Of a stretch of 32,000 nucleotides of DNA, positions 1 to 7,822 are shown piece after piece. Within the stretch, counting starts at the first letter, position 1, and every line of letters begins with the position of its first letter. A program made the position numbers and the translations under genes. The notes under the pieces were generated by a model. That model had not been told where the DNA came from. It did not search any database and saw only the letters and a list, made by a program, of their open reading frames with translations. This DNA comes from Vibrio vulnificus CMCP6 (GTDB lineage: Bacteria > Pseudomonadota > Gammaproteobacteria > Enterobacterales > Vibrionaceae): positions 1,830,001 through 1,862,000 of the forward strand of contig NC_004459.3 of the NCBI RefSeq assembly GCF_000039765.1, given 5' to 3'.

Positions 1-1427
1 TTGTCGGTTGCAATCACACTGCCGTTGACGACAAAGTCGACTTGCTTAATCGCGGAAGTGAGGGAGGTCACGTCGGCACTTAGGGTCACGTTTTTACCCA
101 AACCAACCGTTTGGCCAGCCGTTGGTGAAGTGAGCGTGACGACAAGCGCTTGATCACTGACCGTGACATTGACCACCGACTCACTCACGTTATTGTCGTT
201 GTCGGTTGCGATCGCTTTTAGCTGATTGGCTCCAACGAAAGTTGCACTCCAAGTCTGTGCGTAGGGAGGCTGAGTCACCACACCTAAGCTCGAGTTATTC
301 GCGAAAAACTCGACTTGGGTGACGCTGCCGTCTGCGTCACTGGCATCGGCGCTGAGGGTTAGGCTACTGCCTGCGAGCACCACCGCACCGTCATTGGGGG
401 AGGTAATGGTAATTTGCGGTGGGGTTGAGCACGCGCCCAATCCACTCCAAGCATCTTGCCAGTATTGGCCTACCCCAGGCTCGTAAGCCCAAGCGGCATC
501 AGAAGAACACCAGCCTGCGACATCGCAACGGTATTTTTGATTGAGATTGGAGACCAACGTACCCGCTTCGTAGCGTGTGCCAGCAAGATAAGGAACTGCA
601 TCCGCGCAGCCGCCAGAATGGCTGCCACTGACAACCAATGAGACGTTTTGGCTCATGGTGGTTAAATTGGCATCATCGGTCGCTTGTGCTTTGAATGTAT
701 GGGTGCCCGCAACCGCATTCCAGAGGTACTCGTAAGGCGCATTGGTATCCACAAAGACCGATTGATTATCGATGAAAAACTCCACTTGCGTCACGATGCC
801 ATCGCTGTCTGCCGCTTGAGCGCTCACGATTAAGCTGTCTTTATCGCTCAGTGTTTCACTTCCGGTTGGGCTGGTCAGAGAAACCGTTGGTGGCGCAAGC
901 TCTCCTTGGGGTAACACGCTGATATTAACGTTGGTGGACTGGGTTGCCCCTTCATTGTCCGTGGCAATGGCCGTTAATTGAGAGGTACCTTTCACCGCTG
1001 TCCATGGGGTTTCAAATGGTGCTTGTGTGACCACCGCAATCAATTGTGTTCCTGCAAGAAACTCGACTTGGCTAACTTGGCCATCTTCATCGCTGGCATT
1101 CGCCAACAACGTGATGACTGCGCCTTCAGGAATTTCTGCATTATTGGTTGGAGAAGAGAAGGTGATGCTTGGTGGTAGATTACCTCCGCCGTTGTCACAT
1201 TGCCCAAGAGATTTCCATGCCTCCCAAGGGCCAGAGTTCGTGATGGGATCATTGCCTTGAGTCCAGTAGGCGGCTTCGAATGCTTGGTTCTCTTTTTGAA
1301 CTTGACTACCGGATGTGTAGATCTCGCTGCTATTCCATGTCGCTAGGCTTTGGCAGTTATAAGCCTGCGCTTGATAGCTGACGCCAAGCGCACTGATCAG
1401 CGCGCTTGATAACAAAGTGACTCTCAT
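1..1427 (-). CDS. Secreted multi-domain carbohydrate (chitin)-binding protein, 3' end outside the window (partial)
   Basis: I translated the reverse complement by hand from the ATG at 1427..1425, and the frame stays open to position 1. It is missing from the ORF track because it has no in-window stop. The N-terminus MRVTLLSSALISALGVSYQAQA looks like a Sec signal peptide. Next comes a Trp/Tyr-rich CBM5/12-type module (YNCQSLATWNSSEIYTSGSQVQKENQAFEAAYWTQGNDP). Two ~90-aa Ig-like repeats follow (..SDEDGQVSQVEFLAG..AIATDNEG.. and ..ADSDGIVTQVEFFIDN..AQATDDAN..). Then a second Cys/Trp-rich module (..YRCDVAGWCSSDAAWAYEPGVGQYWQDAW..) and at least two more Ig-like repeats. Confidence 0.7.
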   Translation of the reverse strand, partial: MRVTLLSSALISALGVSYQAQAYNCQSLATWNSSEIYTSGSQVQKENQAFEAAYWTQGNDPITNSGPWEAWKSLGQCDNGGGNLPPSITFSSPTNNAEIPEGAVITLLANASDEDGQVSQVEFLAGTQLIAVVTQAPFETPWTAVKGTSQLTAIATDNEGATQSTNVNISVLPQGELAPPTVSLTSPTGSETLSDKDSLIVSAQAADSDGIVTQVEFFIDNQSVFVDTNAPYEYLWNAVAGTHTFKAQATDDANLTTMSQNVSLVVSGSHSGGCADAVPYLAGTRYEAGTLVSNLNQKYRCDVAGWCSSDAAWAYEPGVGQYWQDAWSGLGACSTPPQITITSPNDGAVVLAGSSLTLSADASDADGSVTQVEFFANNSSLGVVTQPPYAQTWSATFVGANQLKAIATDNDNNVSESVVNVTVSDQALVVTLTSPTAGQTVGLGKNVTLSADVTSLTSAIKQVDFVVNGSVIATD

Positions 1428-1683
1428 TTTTCTCTCCATTAATAAAAAACATCTCAAGAGTAATAAGTAGCCAAGTTGGAGCGTTTTGCAGGCTAAATTG
1501 CTGATTAAATGATATTTACTCCCTCGATATCACGTACAGTTCACTGATGTAACAGCACTCGACATGAATTTTTCGGCGCACTTCAAGGTGTTTTATGAAA
1601 AGGAAAGCTGGTGTGTATGCCAAATTTTACGATGTGATTGTCTGATATTTTCGTTAAGTGTCGAGTTATTGACCAGTTGAAGA

Positions 1684-1728
1684 TTGTTATGCCAAACATG
1701 TTTCTGTATTGTACTAGCTAACTAGTTC
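1684..1728 (+). promoter_or_regulatory. Candidate sigma70 promoter (TTGTTA-N17-TATTGT) overlapped by a TrpR-type operator GTACTAGCTAACTAGTTC (1711-1728)
   Basis: The core ACTAGCTAACTAGT differs at one position from the E. coli trp operator core ACTAGTTAACTAGT. It sits 20 nt upstream of the transporter ATG and overlaps the candidate -10 and start-site region. Confidence 0.6.
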
Positions 1729-1747
1729 ACAAGTGCAGTTAGGTCGT

Positions 1748-3112
1748 ATGTCACAGCAAACAACTTCTCAACCGAGGGAACATTTTGGTTCTCGATTAGG
1801 CTTTATTCTAGCGGCAGCGGGTGCGGCTGTTGGCTTAGGGAATATTTGGGGTTTCCCGACACAAGCCGCCTCAAATGGTGGCGGTGCTTTCCTTTTAGTT
1901 TATTTAGTGATGATTTTGATCGTTGCTTTTCCAATGCTTGTGGTGGAGATGGCGATTGGTCGTCATGGGCAAGCAAACCCTGTCGACAGTATGCGCGCAC
2001 TCACCAGTCACCCTGTTGGTAAAAAAGTCGGTGGGCTGGTTGGTTGGATTGGCCTGAGTGTGCCAAGTGCCGTGTTGGCGTTTTATTCGATTGTTGGCGG
2101 TTGGATCATCTGTTTTATGCTGGGGGCAATCACAGACCTACTCGGCATGGAAGCGGCGACGGCATGGTTTAAAGGGTTCAGTGTTGAGCGCAACCTTTTC
2201 GGTACGATGACTTTTTATGTGCTCACTATTTTGATCGTTCAAGGTGGCGTGAAACAAGGCATTGAAAAGTGGTCAACCCGCTTAATGCCAGCTCTGTTTG
2301 TGCTCTTTGCTGTGCTGTTTATCTATATCATGACGCAAAATGGCGCGATGGAAGGGCTAAAACACTATTTAGTGCCTGATTTCGATAAGGTGTGGGATAG
2401 AAAACTGATTCTGGCAGCAATGGGGCAAGGTTTTTTCTCGTTAACCATTGGTGGCTGTTCAATGCTGATCTACGGTTCGTACCTCAGCAAAAAAGAGAAC
2501 TTACCGAAGATGGCCATGAATGTCACATTGGTGGATACTGCCGTGGCCTTTATTGCCGGTTTGGTTGTGCTTCCCGCGATGTTTGTTGCGATGCAAAAAG
2601 GGGTGCAAATCTATGCGGAAGATGGCTCTTTACTGAGCTCAGATACGCTGGTGTTTACCGTGCTACCACTGATGTTTGATAGCTTGGGGCTTCTCGGTCA
2701 GATATTTGCCGTGGTGTTTTTCTTGCTGCTGACGATTGCCGCACTCACTTCTTCCATCTCCATGCTGGAGTGCCCTGTGGCGCTTGTGGGTGAACGTTTT
2801 AATACCAAACGCAGCACCACGAGCTGGGTCTTGGGGGGGCTAATTGCCCTGTTCAGTGTGGTGATTGTGTACAACTTCGGTGCGCTGTTTGGGCTGGTGG
2901 CAACCATCGCGACACAATATCTGCAACCAACGGCCGCGCTGCTATTCTGCTTGTTTGGTGGTTGGGTGTGGAGTCGTCACAGCAAAATCAAAGAGCTTGA
3001 GCAGGGCAACCCTGAGTTCACCTTGGGTTGGTTTGGCAAAGTTTGGCCTTCGTATGTGAAGTTCGTTTGTCCTGTGCTGGTGGCTACAGTGATTTGGGCT
3101 TCCTTTGGTTAA
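1748..3112 (+). CDS. Sodium-dependent transporter, neurotransmitter:sodium symporter (NSS/SNF) family
   Basis: Long ORF with the NSS signature near the N-terminus (FGSRLGFILAAAGAAVGLGNIWGFP) and a highly hydrophobic multi-TM sequence. I prefer the ATG at 1748 (MSQQTTSQ..) to the GTG at 1733 used by the track. Confidence 0.9.
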   Translation: MSQQTTSQPREHFGSRLGFILAAAGAAVGLGNIWGFPTQAASNGGGAFLLVYLVMILIVAFPMLVVEMAIGRHGQANPVDSMRALTSHPVGKKVGGLVGWIGLSVPSAVLAFYSIVGGWIICFMLGAITDLLGMEAATAWFKGFSVERNLFGTMTFYVLTILIVQGGVKQGIEKWSTRLMPALFVLFAVLFIYIMTQNGAMEGLKHYLVPDFDKVWDRKLILAAMGQGFFSLTIGGCSMLIYGSYLSKKENLPKMAMNVTLVDTAVAFIAGLVVLPAMFVAMQKGVQIYAEDGSLLSSDTLVFTVLPLMFDSLGLLGQIFAVVFFLLLTIAALTSSISMLECPVALVGERFNTKRSTTSWVLGGLIALFSVVIVYNFGALFGLVATIATQYLQPTAALLFCLFGGWVWSRHSKIKELEQGNPEFTLGWFGKVWPSYVKFVCPVLVATVIWASFG

Positions 3113-3130
3113 AGCCAGAGAGCAGTAGAT

Positions 3131-3163
3131 AAAAAAGCTTGATGCGGTGGCATCAAGCTTTTT
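3131..3163. terminator. Bidirectional rho-independent terminator
   Basis: 11-bp perfect stem aagcttgatgc/gcatcaagctt with a 4-nt loop, flanked by an A6 run upstream and a T-run downstream. It lies between convergent genes. Confidence 0.8.
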
Positions 3164-3170
3164 ACGTTAA

Positions 3171-3226
3171 TAGGATCTAGGATCTAGGATCTAGGATCTA
3201 GGATCTAGGATCTAGAGGCTAGAACC
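3171..3226. repeat. Heptanucleotide tandem repeat: (TAGGATC) x6 perfect, plus two degenerate units (TAGAGGC, TAGAACC)
   Basis: Read directly from the sequence. Six perfect units span 3171-3212 and the degenerate units span 3213-3226. Every perfect unit carries a GATC, and each unit junction forms a CTAG. Confidence 0.95.
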
Positions 3227-3417
3227 TATCGAAACTGCCCAGCATCGGGCAAAAACTCAAAACCCGCGGTGGCCAATTTGGCTTCTAATGCCGCACGATC
3301 AATATCGAAATAACGCACGAGTTTATCGAGGTCACCGGCAAAATCGTCACGTAGCTTCATGTTGACGATGCTCATCAACATGATCGGATCCATGGATGCA
3401 AAGTTTGCCAAGTTCAT
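3226..3417 (-). CDS. Small conserved protein, DUF4250-like
   Basis: 63-aa ORF MNLANFASMDPIMLMSIVNMKLRDDF..DIDRAALEAKLATAGFEF. It matches my recollection of the DUF4250 family pattern. The ATG at 3417 is preferred over the TTG at 3420. It directly follows yaeP. Confidence 0.65.
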   Translation of the reverse strand: MNLANFASMDPIMLMSIVNMKLRDDFAGDLDKLVRYFDIDRAALEAKLATAGFEFLPDAGQFR

Positions 3418-3420
3418 CAA

Positions 3421-3624
3421 TCAGTCCTCAAAATCTGAAATGAGCAAGTTGGCGGCGGCAAAAGCGGCTTTCTCACGTGTTTCTTTAGGTAGTGATTCAT
3501 CTGCGGCAATATCATTCAGCGCTTTGACTGCACACGAGATTGCCTGTGGAATGTACCCTTGATCACCACTACCAATTTGAGCATAAAGCTCACGAACTAA
3601 CTCACAACAGCCGTATACTTGCAT
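3421..3624 (-). CDS. yaeP: UPF0253 family protein YaeP
   Basis: From the internal Met, [67 protein letters not shown] aligns along its whole length with E. coli YaeP as I recall it (..[40 protein letters not shown]..). An AAGGA RBS precedes the ATG at 3624. The 24-codon N-terminal extension in the track is rejected. Confidence 0.8.
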   Translation of the reverse strand: MQVYGCCELVRELYAQIGSGDQGYIPQAISCAVKALNDIAADESLPKETREKAAFAAANLLISDFED

Positions 3625-3744
3625 GGCGTTTTCCTTGAACTTAAACAAATGATAACTGCTCTCAAATATACACAGTGTGGTTTTGAAACTCAAAGCTCAG
3701 AGTTGTTTTGGCGCAAGTTAATTACCCCTCTGAGCAAAGATTCA

Positions 3745-4413
3745 TCAACGCAATTGCTGTTCAAGTTGTTCGATGACTTCAGGGGCCAGTTGCAGCTGCT
3801 TCGCAAGTTCTTGCAAATACGCTTTTTCCATAAAGCTTTGTTCGTCTGCGATGATCAGCGAGGCAAGGTAAATTTCACTTGCTTGCTGTGGTGATGTCGC
3901 TAACTTGGCAATGTCGGTTGGGTCGAGTGGTTTTTGCAGCTCTTGTTGAACGAGTTGTCGCACCTGTTCATCGGCGTTCATCTCACTGAGTGCTTGCTCA
4001 ATCTGGGCCATTTCCTGCTGGTCAATATGACCATCTGCTTTGGCCATCGCTATCATCGCTTTGATGATCAGCACTGAGTGGTGATTATCTTGTGGGTCGT
4101 AAGCTTCCGCCACGCCAGTGTTTGGTTGAGTTCCTTGCCAGTCGTTGTAAACCTTATAAGCCAACGCACCTAAGGCTGCGGCGCCACCAATTTTGAGTGC
4201 ATTCTTGCCAAGCTTCTTGGCCATCTTTCCGCTTTTTTTTGAACCCATCAGCATGCCGATGAGGCCGCCACCCAATGCGCCAGCACCGAGTGTTTTGAGT
4301 TGACTGGCGTTGGTGTTGTTTTTGAGATTTTGGGTCTGTTTGTTCAATGCCTCTGAACCTTGTTTTAAAAGATCAGAGTTGAGGGCTTGATTGAGAAGAC
4401 TTTTTAGATCCAT
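3745..4413 (-). CDS. DUF533 (YebE-like) / TerB-domain inner-membrane protein
   Basis: MDLKSLLNQALNS.. N-terminus, a Gly/Ala-rich hydrophobic segment (LGAGALGGGLIGMLMGSKK..IGGAAALGALAY), and a C-terminal TerB-like region (IKAMIAMAKADGHIDQQE). The ATG at 4413 has an AGGAGAGG RBS, so the track's upstream extension is rejected. Confidence 0.75.
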   Translation of the reverse strand: MDLKSLLNQALNSDLLKQGSEALNKQTQNLKNNTNASQLKTLGAGALGGGLIGMLMGSKKSGKMAKKLGKNALKIGGAAALGALAYKVYNDWQGTQPNTGVAEAYDPQDNHHSVLIIKAMIAMAKADGHIDQQEMAQIEQALSEMNADEQVRQLVQQELQKPLDPTDIAKLATSPQQASEIYLASLIIADEQSFMEKAYLQELAKQLQLAPEVIEQLEQQLR

Positions 4414-4476
4414 GACGCCTCTCCTGCCTAAACATAAGGCAAGCATAACGGGAGAAATCTGACCCAAAGATTAATA

Positions 4477-4508
4477 GAAAAGGGATTGGCCTTGACCAAT
4501 CCCTTTTA
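4477..4508 (-). terminator. Rho-independent terminator downstream of proS
   Basis: 11-bp stem aaagggattgg/ccaatcccttt with a 6-nt loop. T/A runs lie on both sides. It begins about 28 nt after the proS stop. Confidence 0.7.
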
Positions 4509-4535
4509 ACTGTTGTTATAACACAGAGCTAGGTG

Positions 4536-6251
4536 TTATTTCAGTTGCGCTTTGATGTGCTCAACGATATCCGCCATCGCGACAGGTGTTTTTTCACCAG
4601 AACGACGGTTCTTATACTCAAAGTGACCTTCGTCCATGCTGCGATCGCCAATCACGATAGTGTGAGGGATACCGATCAGTTCCATATCAGAGAACATGAC
4701 GCCTGGGCGCTCTTTACGGTCATCGAACAGCACTTCGATACCCATCGCTGTCAGCTCTGCGTATAGTTTCTCTGCAGCTTCTTGAACGCGCTCAGATTTG
4801 TGCATGTTCATTGGTACGATAGCCACTTGGAAAGGCGCAAGTGCGTCTGGCCAAATGATGCCGTATTTGTCGTTGTTTTGTTCGATAGCCGCAGCAACCA
4901 CACGAGAAACACCGATACCGTAACAGCCCATCTCTAGGATCACGTTTTTACCGTTGGAATCGAGAACGCCACAGTTCATCGCTTCAGAGTACACATTACC
5001 GAGTTGGAAAATGTGACCCACTTCGATACCACGTTTCAGCATCAATGTGCCTTTTCCACATGGGCTTGGATCGCCTTCGACGACGTTACGTAGGTCAGCA
5101 ACTTGGCCAAGCTCTACATCACGACCCCAGTTGATACCGAAGTAGTGTTTGCCATCGATGTTTGCGCCCGCACCGAAATCGCTCATAACAGCAACCGAGC
5201 GGTCAACGATGAATGGTAGTTTAAGGCCAACAGGGCCAAGAGAACCTGCACCTGCGCCAATCAGTTCACGCATCTCTTCTTCTGTTGCCATCTCTAAAGG
5301 CGTTGCCACTTCAGCAAGGTTTTCTGCCTTGATTTCGTTGAGTTCGTGATCACCACGGATGATCAGTGCAACGATAGGCGCTTCAATTGCGTCCGACGCT
5401 TTAACGAATAGCGTTTTAACGGTTTTCTCGATTGCGATACCGTGCTGTTCAACCAGTTCAGCGATGGTTTTAGCGTTTGGCGTATCCACTAGCGTCATCT
5501 CTTGAGTTGGCGCTGCACGCTCAACCGCAGGAGCAACGGCTTCTGCTTTCTCGATGTTGGCGGCGTAATCGGATTCAGTTGAGAAGGCGATGAGGTCTTC
5601 ACCACTTTCAGCCAGTACGTGGAACTCTTGAGAGCCGTTACCACCGATTGCACCTGAGTCTGCGAGTACTGGACGGTACTCAAGACCCATGCGGTCGAAT
5701 GCTTTACAGTAAGCATCGTGCATCGCTTGGTAAGATTTTTCCAGACCAGCTTTGTCGATATCGAAGCTATACGCATCCATCATGCAAAATTCACGTGCAC
5801 GCATCACACCAAAACGTGGACGACGCTCATCGCGGAATTTGGTTTGGATTTGGTATAAGTTGATCGGTAGCTGTTTGTACGAGCTCACTTCGTTTCGTAC
5901 AAGCGCAGTGATTACTTCTTCTGCTGTTGGGCTGAGTACAAACGGACGAACATGGCGGTCAGTAAAGCGAAGAAGTTCCGGGCCCATTTTTTCAGAGCGG
6001 CCAGTCTCTTCCCATAGTTCAAACGGCTGCACAACGGGCATCAAGGTTTCAATTGCACCTGCATTGTCGATCTCTTGACGAACGATGTTTTCGACTTTAC
6101 GCAGTACACGTAGACCGGTAGGCAGCCAGGTGTAAAGACCTGAAGCCAGCTTACGGATCATACCTGCACGTAGCATGAGCTGATGGCTCACTACTTCTGC
6201 GTCGTTTGGAGTCTCCTTCAGAGTAGAAAGAAGATATTTACTGGTACGCAT
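4536..6251 (-). CDS. proS: Proline--tRNA ligase
   Basis: 571-aa ORF with the typical bacterial ProRS N-terminus ([44 protein letters not shown]), class II motifs and the INS editing-domain length. Confidence 0.97.
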   Translation of the reverse strand: MRTSKYLLSTLKETPNDAEVVSHQLMLRAGMIRKLASGLYTWLPTGLRVLRKVENIVRQEIDNAGAIETLMPVVQPFELWEETGRSEKMGPELLRFTDRHVRPFVLSPTAEEVITALVRNEVSSYKQLPINLYQIQTKFRDERRPRFGVMRAREFCMMDAYSFDIDKAGLEKSYQAMHDAYCKAFDRMGLEYRPVLADSGAIGGNGSQEFHVLAESGEDLIAFSTESDYAANIEKAEAVAPAVERAAPTQEMTLVDTPNAKTIAELVEQHGIAIEKTVKTLFVKASDAIEAPIVALIIRGDHELNEIKAENLAEVATPLEMATEEEMRELIGAGAGSLGPVGLKLPFIVDRSVAVMSDFGAGANIDGKHYFGINWGRDVELGQVADLRNVVEGDPSPCGKGTLMLKRGIEVGHIFQLGNVYSEAMNCGVLDSNGKNVILEMGCYGIGVSRVVAAAIEQNNDKYGIIWPDALAPFQVAIVPMNMHKSERVQEAAEKLYAELTAMGIEVLFDDRKERPGVMFSDMELIGIPHTIVIGDRSMDEGHFEYKNRRSGEKTPVAMADIVEHIKAQLK

Positions 6252-6342
6252 TCTATGGTATCCGTTTCATCATGGTTTGAATAACCCCTCAAAAGTGAGG
6301 GAACAAAATTAAGCTGACTATGATATCAGCCATTTGTGATTG

Positions 6343-7038
6343 TCAAAAGCGTTCGATGCGGCTAACCGTCACTATCTTATCTTGGATAATGAATTTGACG
6401 TTCAAATCGAACAAATTTACCGCATATTCTTTCTCATCCGGTTTGTTTTTCTTATAGGCAGGGCGAGGATCTTGTGCCAAAACTTGCTCAATGACCTGTT
6501 TCTCTAGCGTTCCATTAGGTCGTGTCGCCAATAGCGCATCCGCTTCACTGGAGAAGATCACGAGTGAGCGCTCGGGTTCTGACTCTGCGTAGCCACCGAC
6601 GGCATCGAGAATCGCGTCGGAATAGGGGATGTAAGGTTTGATATCAATGATTGGGGTCCCGTCCACCAAATCCACACTGCCAAGATCGAGATAGACCTGA
6701 TCGCCTTGTTTAGTTATCCCTTTCATTTCCACCGCTGACATGCCAATGCCGTTGGGGCGAAACGTTGAACGGGTGGCAAATACACCCATGCGCTCATTGC
6801 CACCTAGGCGAGGTGGGCGAACGGTGGGTTTCCAACCGGCGGCCAAGTTTTGATCAAACAAAAACAGCAACCAAACGTGGGAAAATTGCGCCAAACCTCT
6901 TACTGACTCGGGCGTGTTGGCACTGCCAACCAGTTTTACCCGTGCTCTCGCAGCAGGGACTAAGCGAGGTTGTCTGGGGACCGCGAATTTCTCTTTATAG
7001 GGGCTCTCAATAAAGCCAATAGGATCAATGGAGTGCAT
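6343..7038 (-). CDS. trmO: tRNA (N6-threonylcarbamoyladenosine(37)-N6)-methyltransferase TrmO (YaeB/TsaA family)
   Basis: N-terminus IGFIESPYKEKFAVPRQP.. is typical of YaeB/TsaA. Its position next to proS matches E. coli yaeB. Confidence 0.85.
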   Translation of the reverse strand: MHSIDPIGFIESPYKEKFAVPRQPRLVPAARARVKLVGSANTPESVRGLAQFSHVWLLFLFDQNLAAGWKPTVRPPRLGGNERMGVFATRSTFRPNGIGMSAVEMKGITKQGDQVYLDLGSVDLVDGTPIIDIKPYIPYSDAILDAVGGYAESEPERSLVIFSSEADALLATRPNGTLEKQVIEQVLAQDPRPAYKKNKPDEKEYAVNLFDLNVKFIIQDKIVTVSRIERF

Positions 7039-7121
7039 AGTGAGTCAAATAAAAAACAACAGATGGACTGAAAAATATCACAGTTTTCTCTTGCATTTCT
7101 TGTTGATAATAATTATTAATT

Positions 7122-7144
7122 AATATGTTATAACATAACAATTA
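7122..7144. promoter_or_regulatory. Zur box (zinc uptake regulator operator) upstream of rpmE2-rpmJ2
   Basis: The core TGTTATAACATAACA (7126-7140) closely matches the gammaproteobacterial Zur consensus TGTTATAWTATAACA. A second AT palindrome, TAATAATTATTA, lies at 7107-7118. A candidate promoter TTGCAT-N17-TATTAA (7091-7119) overlaps that AT palindrome and ends 6 nt upstream of the Zur-box core. The downstream genes are classic Zur targets. Confidence 0.75.
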
Positions 7145-7158
7145 TTGGAGAGAGAAAA

Positions 7159-7419
7159 ATGAAACCAGGAATCCATCCTGAATATCGCAAAGTCGTGTTC
7201 CACGACACCAGTGTCGATCACTATTTTGTGGTTGGTTCGACCTTGCAAACTGACCGCACCATAGAATGGGAAGATGGCCAAACCTACCCTTACTTCACCA
7301 TTGAAGTCTCCTCGGAATCACATCCGTTTTACACCGGTAAGCAAAGAGTGGTGCAAAAAGAGGGTCGCGTGGCGAACTTCAATCGTCGTTTTGCTCAGTT
7401 TGGTTCGAGAGAAGGTTAA
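7159..7419 (+). CDS. rpmE2: 50S ribosomal protein L31 type B (zinc-independent paralog, YkgM-like)
   Basis: [25 protein letters not shown] is L31-like but lacks the CxxC zinc-ribbon cysteines (no Cys at all). GGAGAG RBS. Confidence 0.9.
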   Translation: MKPGIHPEYRKVVFHDTSVDHYFVVGSTLQTDRTIEWEDGQTYPYFTIEVSSESHPFYTGKQRVVQKEGRVANFNRRFAQFGSREG

Positions 7420-7422
7420 GAA

Positions 7423-7548
7423 ATGAAAGTACTTAAGTCACTGAAGAGCGCAAAAGCGCGTCATCCAGATTGCCAGATCGTCAGACGACGTGGTCGTTTA
7501 TACGTTATTTGCAAAAGTAATCCACGTTTTAAAGCAGTACAAAAATAA
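7423..7548 (+). CDS. rpmJ2: 50S ribosomal protein L36 type B (YkgO-like)
   Basis: Not in the ORF track because it is only 41 aa. My translation is [41 protein letters not shown], close to E. coli YkgO as I recall it. It starts 4 nt after the rpmE2 stop. Confidence 0.9.
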   Translation: MKVLKSLKSAKARHPDCQIVRRRGRLYVICKSNPRFKAVQK

Positions 7549-7822
7549 AACGACGGTGCGCGACATTGACTGGAATAGCCTTCAGAATTGAATGGTTATT
7601 TACATCGTGTAGTGTTGGTTTGTTTGCTTATTTATAATTCCAGTTAATATCAATAAACTGGTTTATAAGGCCATGTTTTAAGCATTAATTGGTTAATAAT
7701 ATCGCTATCGGAAAAGTTTTGTAACATTTGTAATTTCGTTTTCCCTCTCTTGTCGAGTAACCTGCCCAGGCTTTTGACATTTTTGTCACAAATGCACAGG
7801 AAAAACTACAAGGAGGGAACAG

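Noticed and set aside
456-1260. Track ORFs of 61-77 aa on both strands (456..641, 978..1178, 1027..1260, 1040..1252)
   Set aside because: All of them lie inside, and out of frame with or antisense to, the long open minus-strand frame. That frame carries a signal peptide and recognisable binding and Ig-like repeats. None has an RBS or a recognisable family.
3171-3226. Could the TAGGATC array be a CRISPR or other spacer-containing array?
   Set aside because: The units are only 7 bp and directly abut each other with no spacers. No cas genes are nearby. It is a simple microsatellite.
7774-7788. A perfect TTGACA hexamer and a TGACA-N4-TGTCA inverted repeat 35 nt upstream of the AbgT start. On the opposite strand this resembles half of a CRP site (TGTGA-N6-TGTCA).
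   Set aside because: No acceptable -10 lies at the right spacing. Only one CRP half-site is good. I cannot separate a real operator from chance in this 270-bp AT-rich leader.
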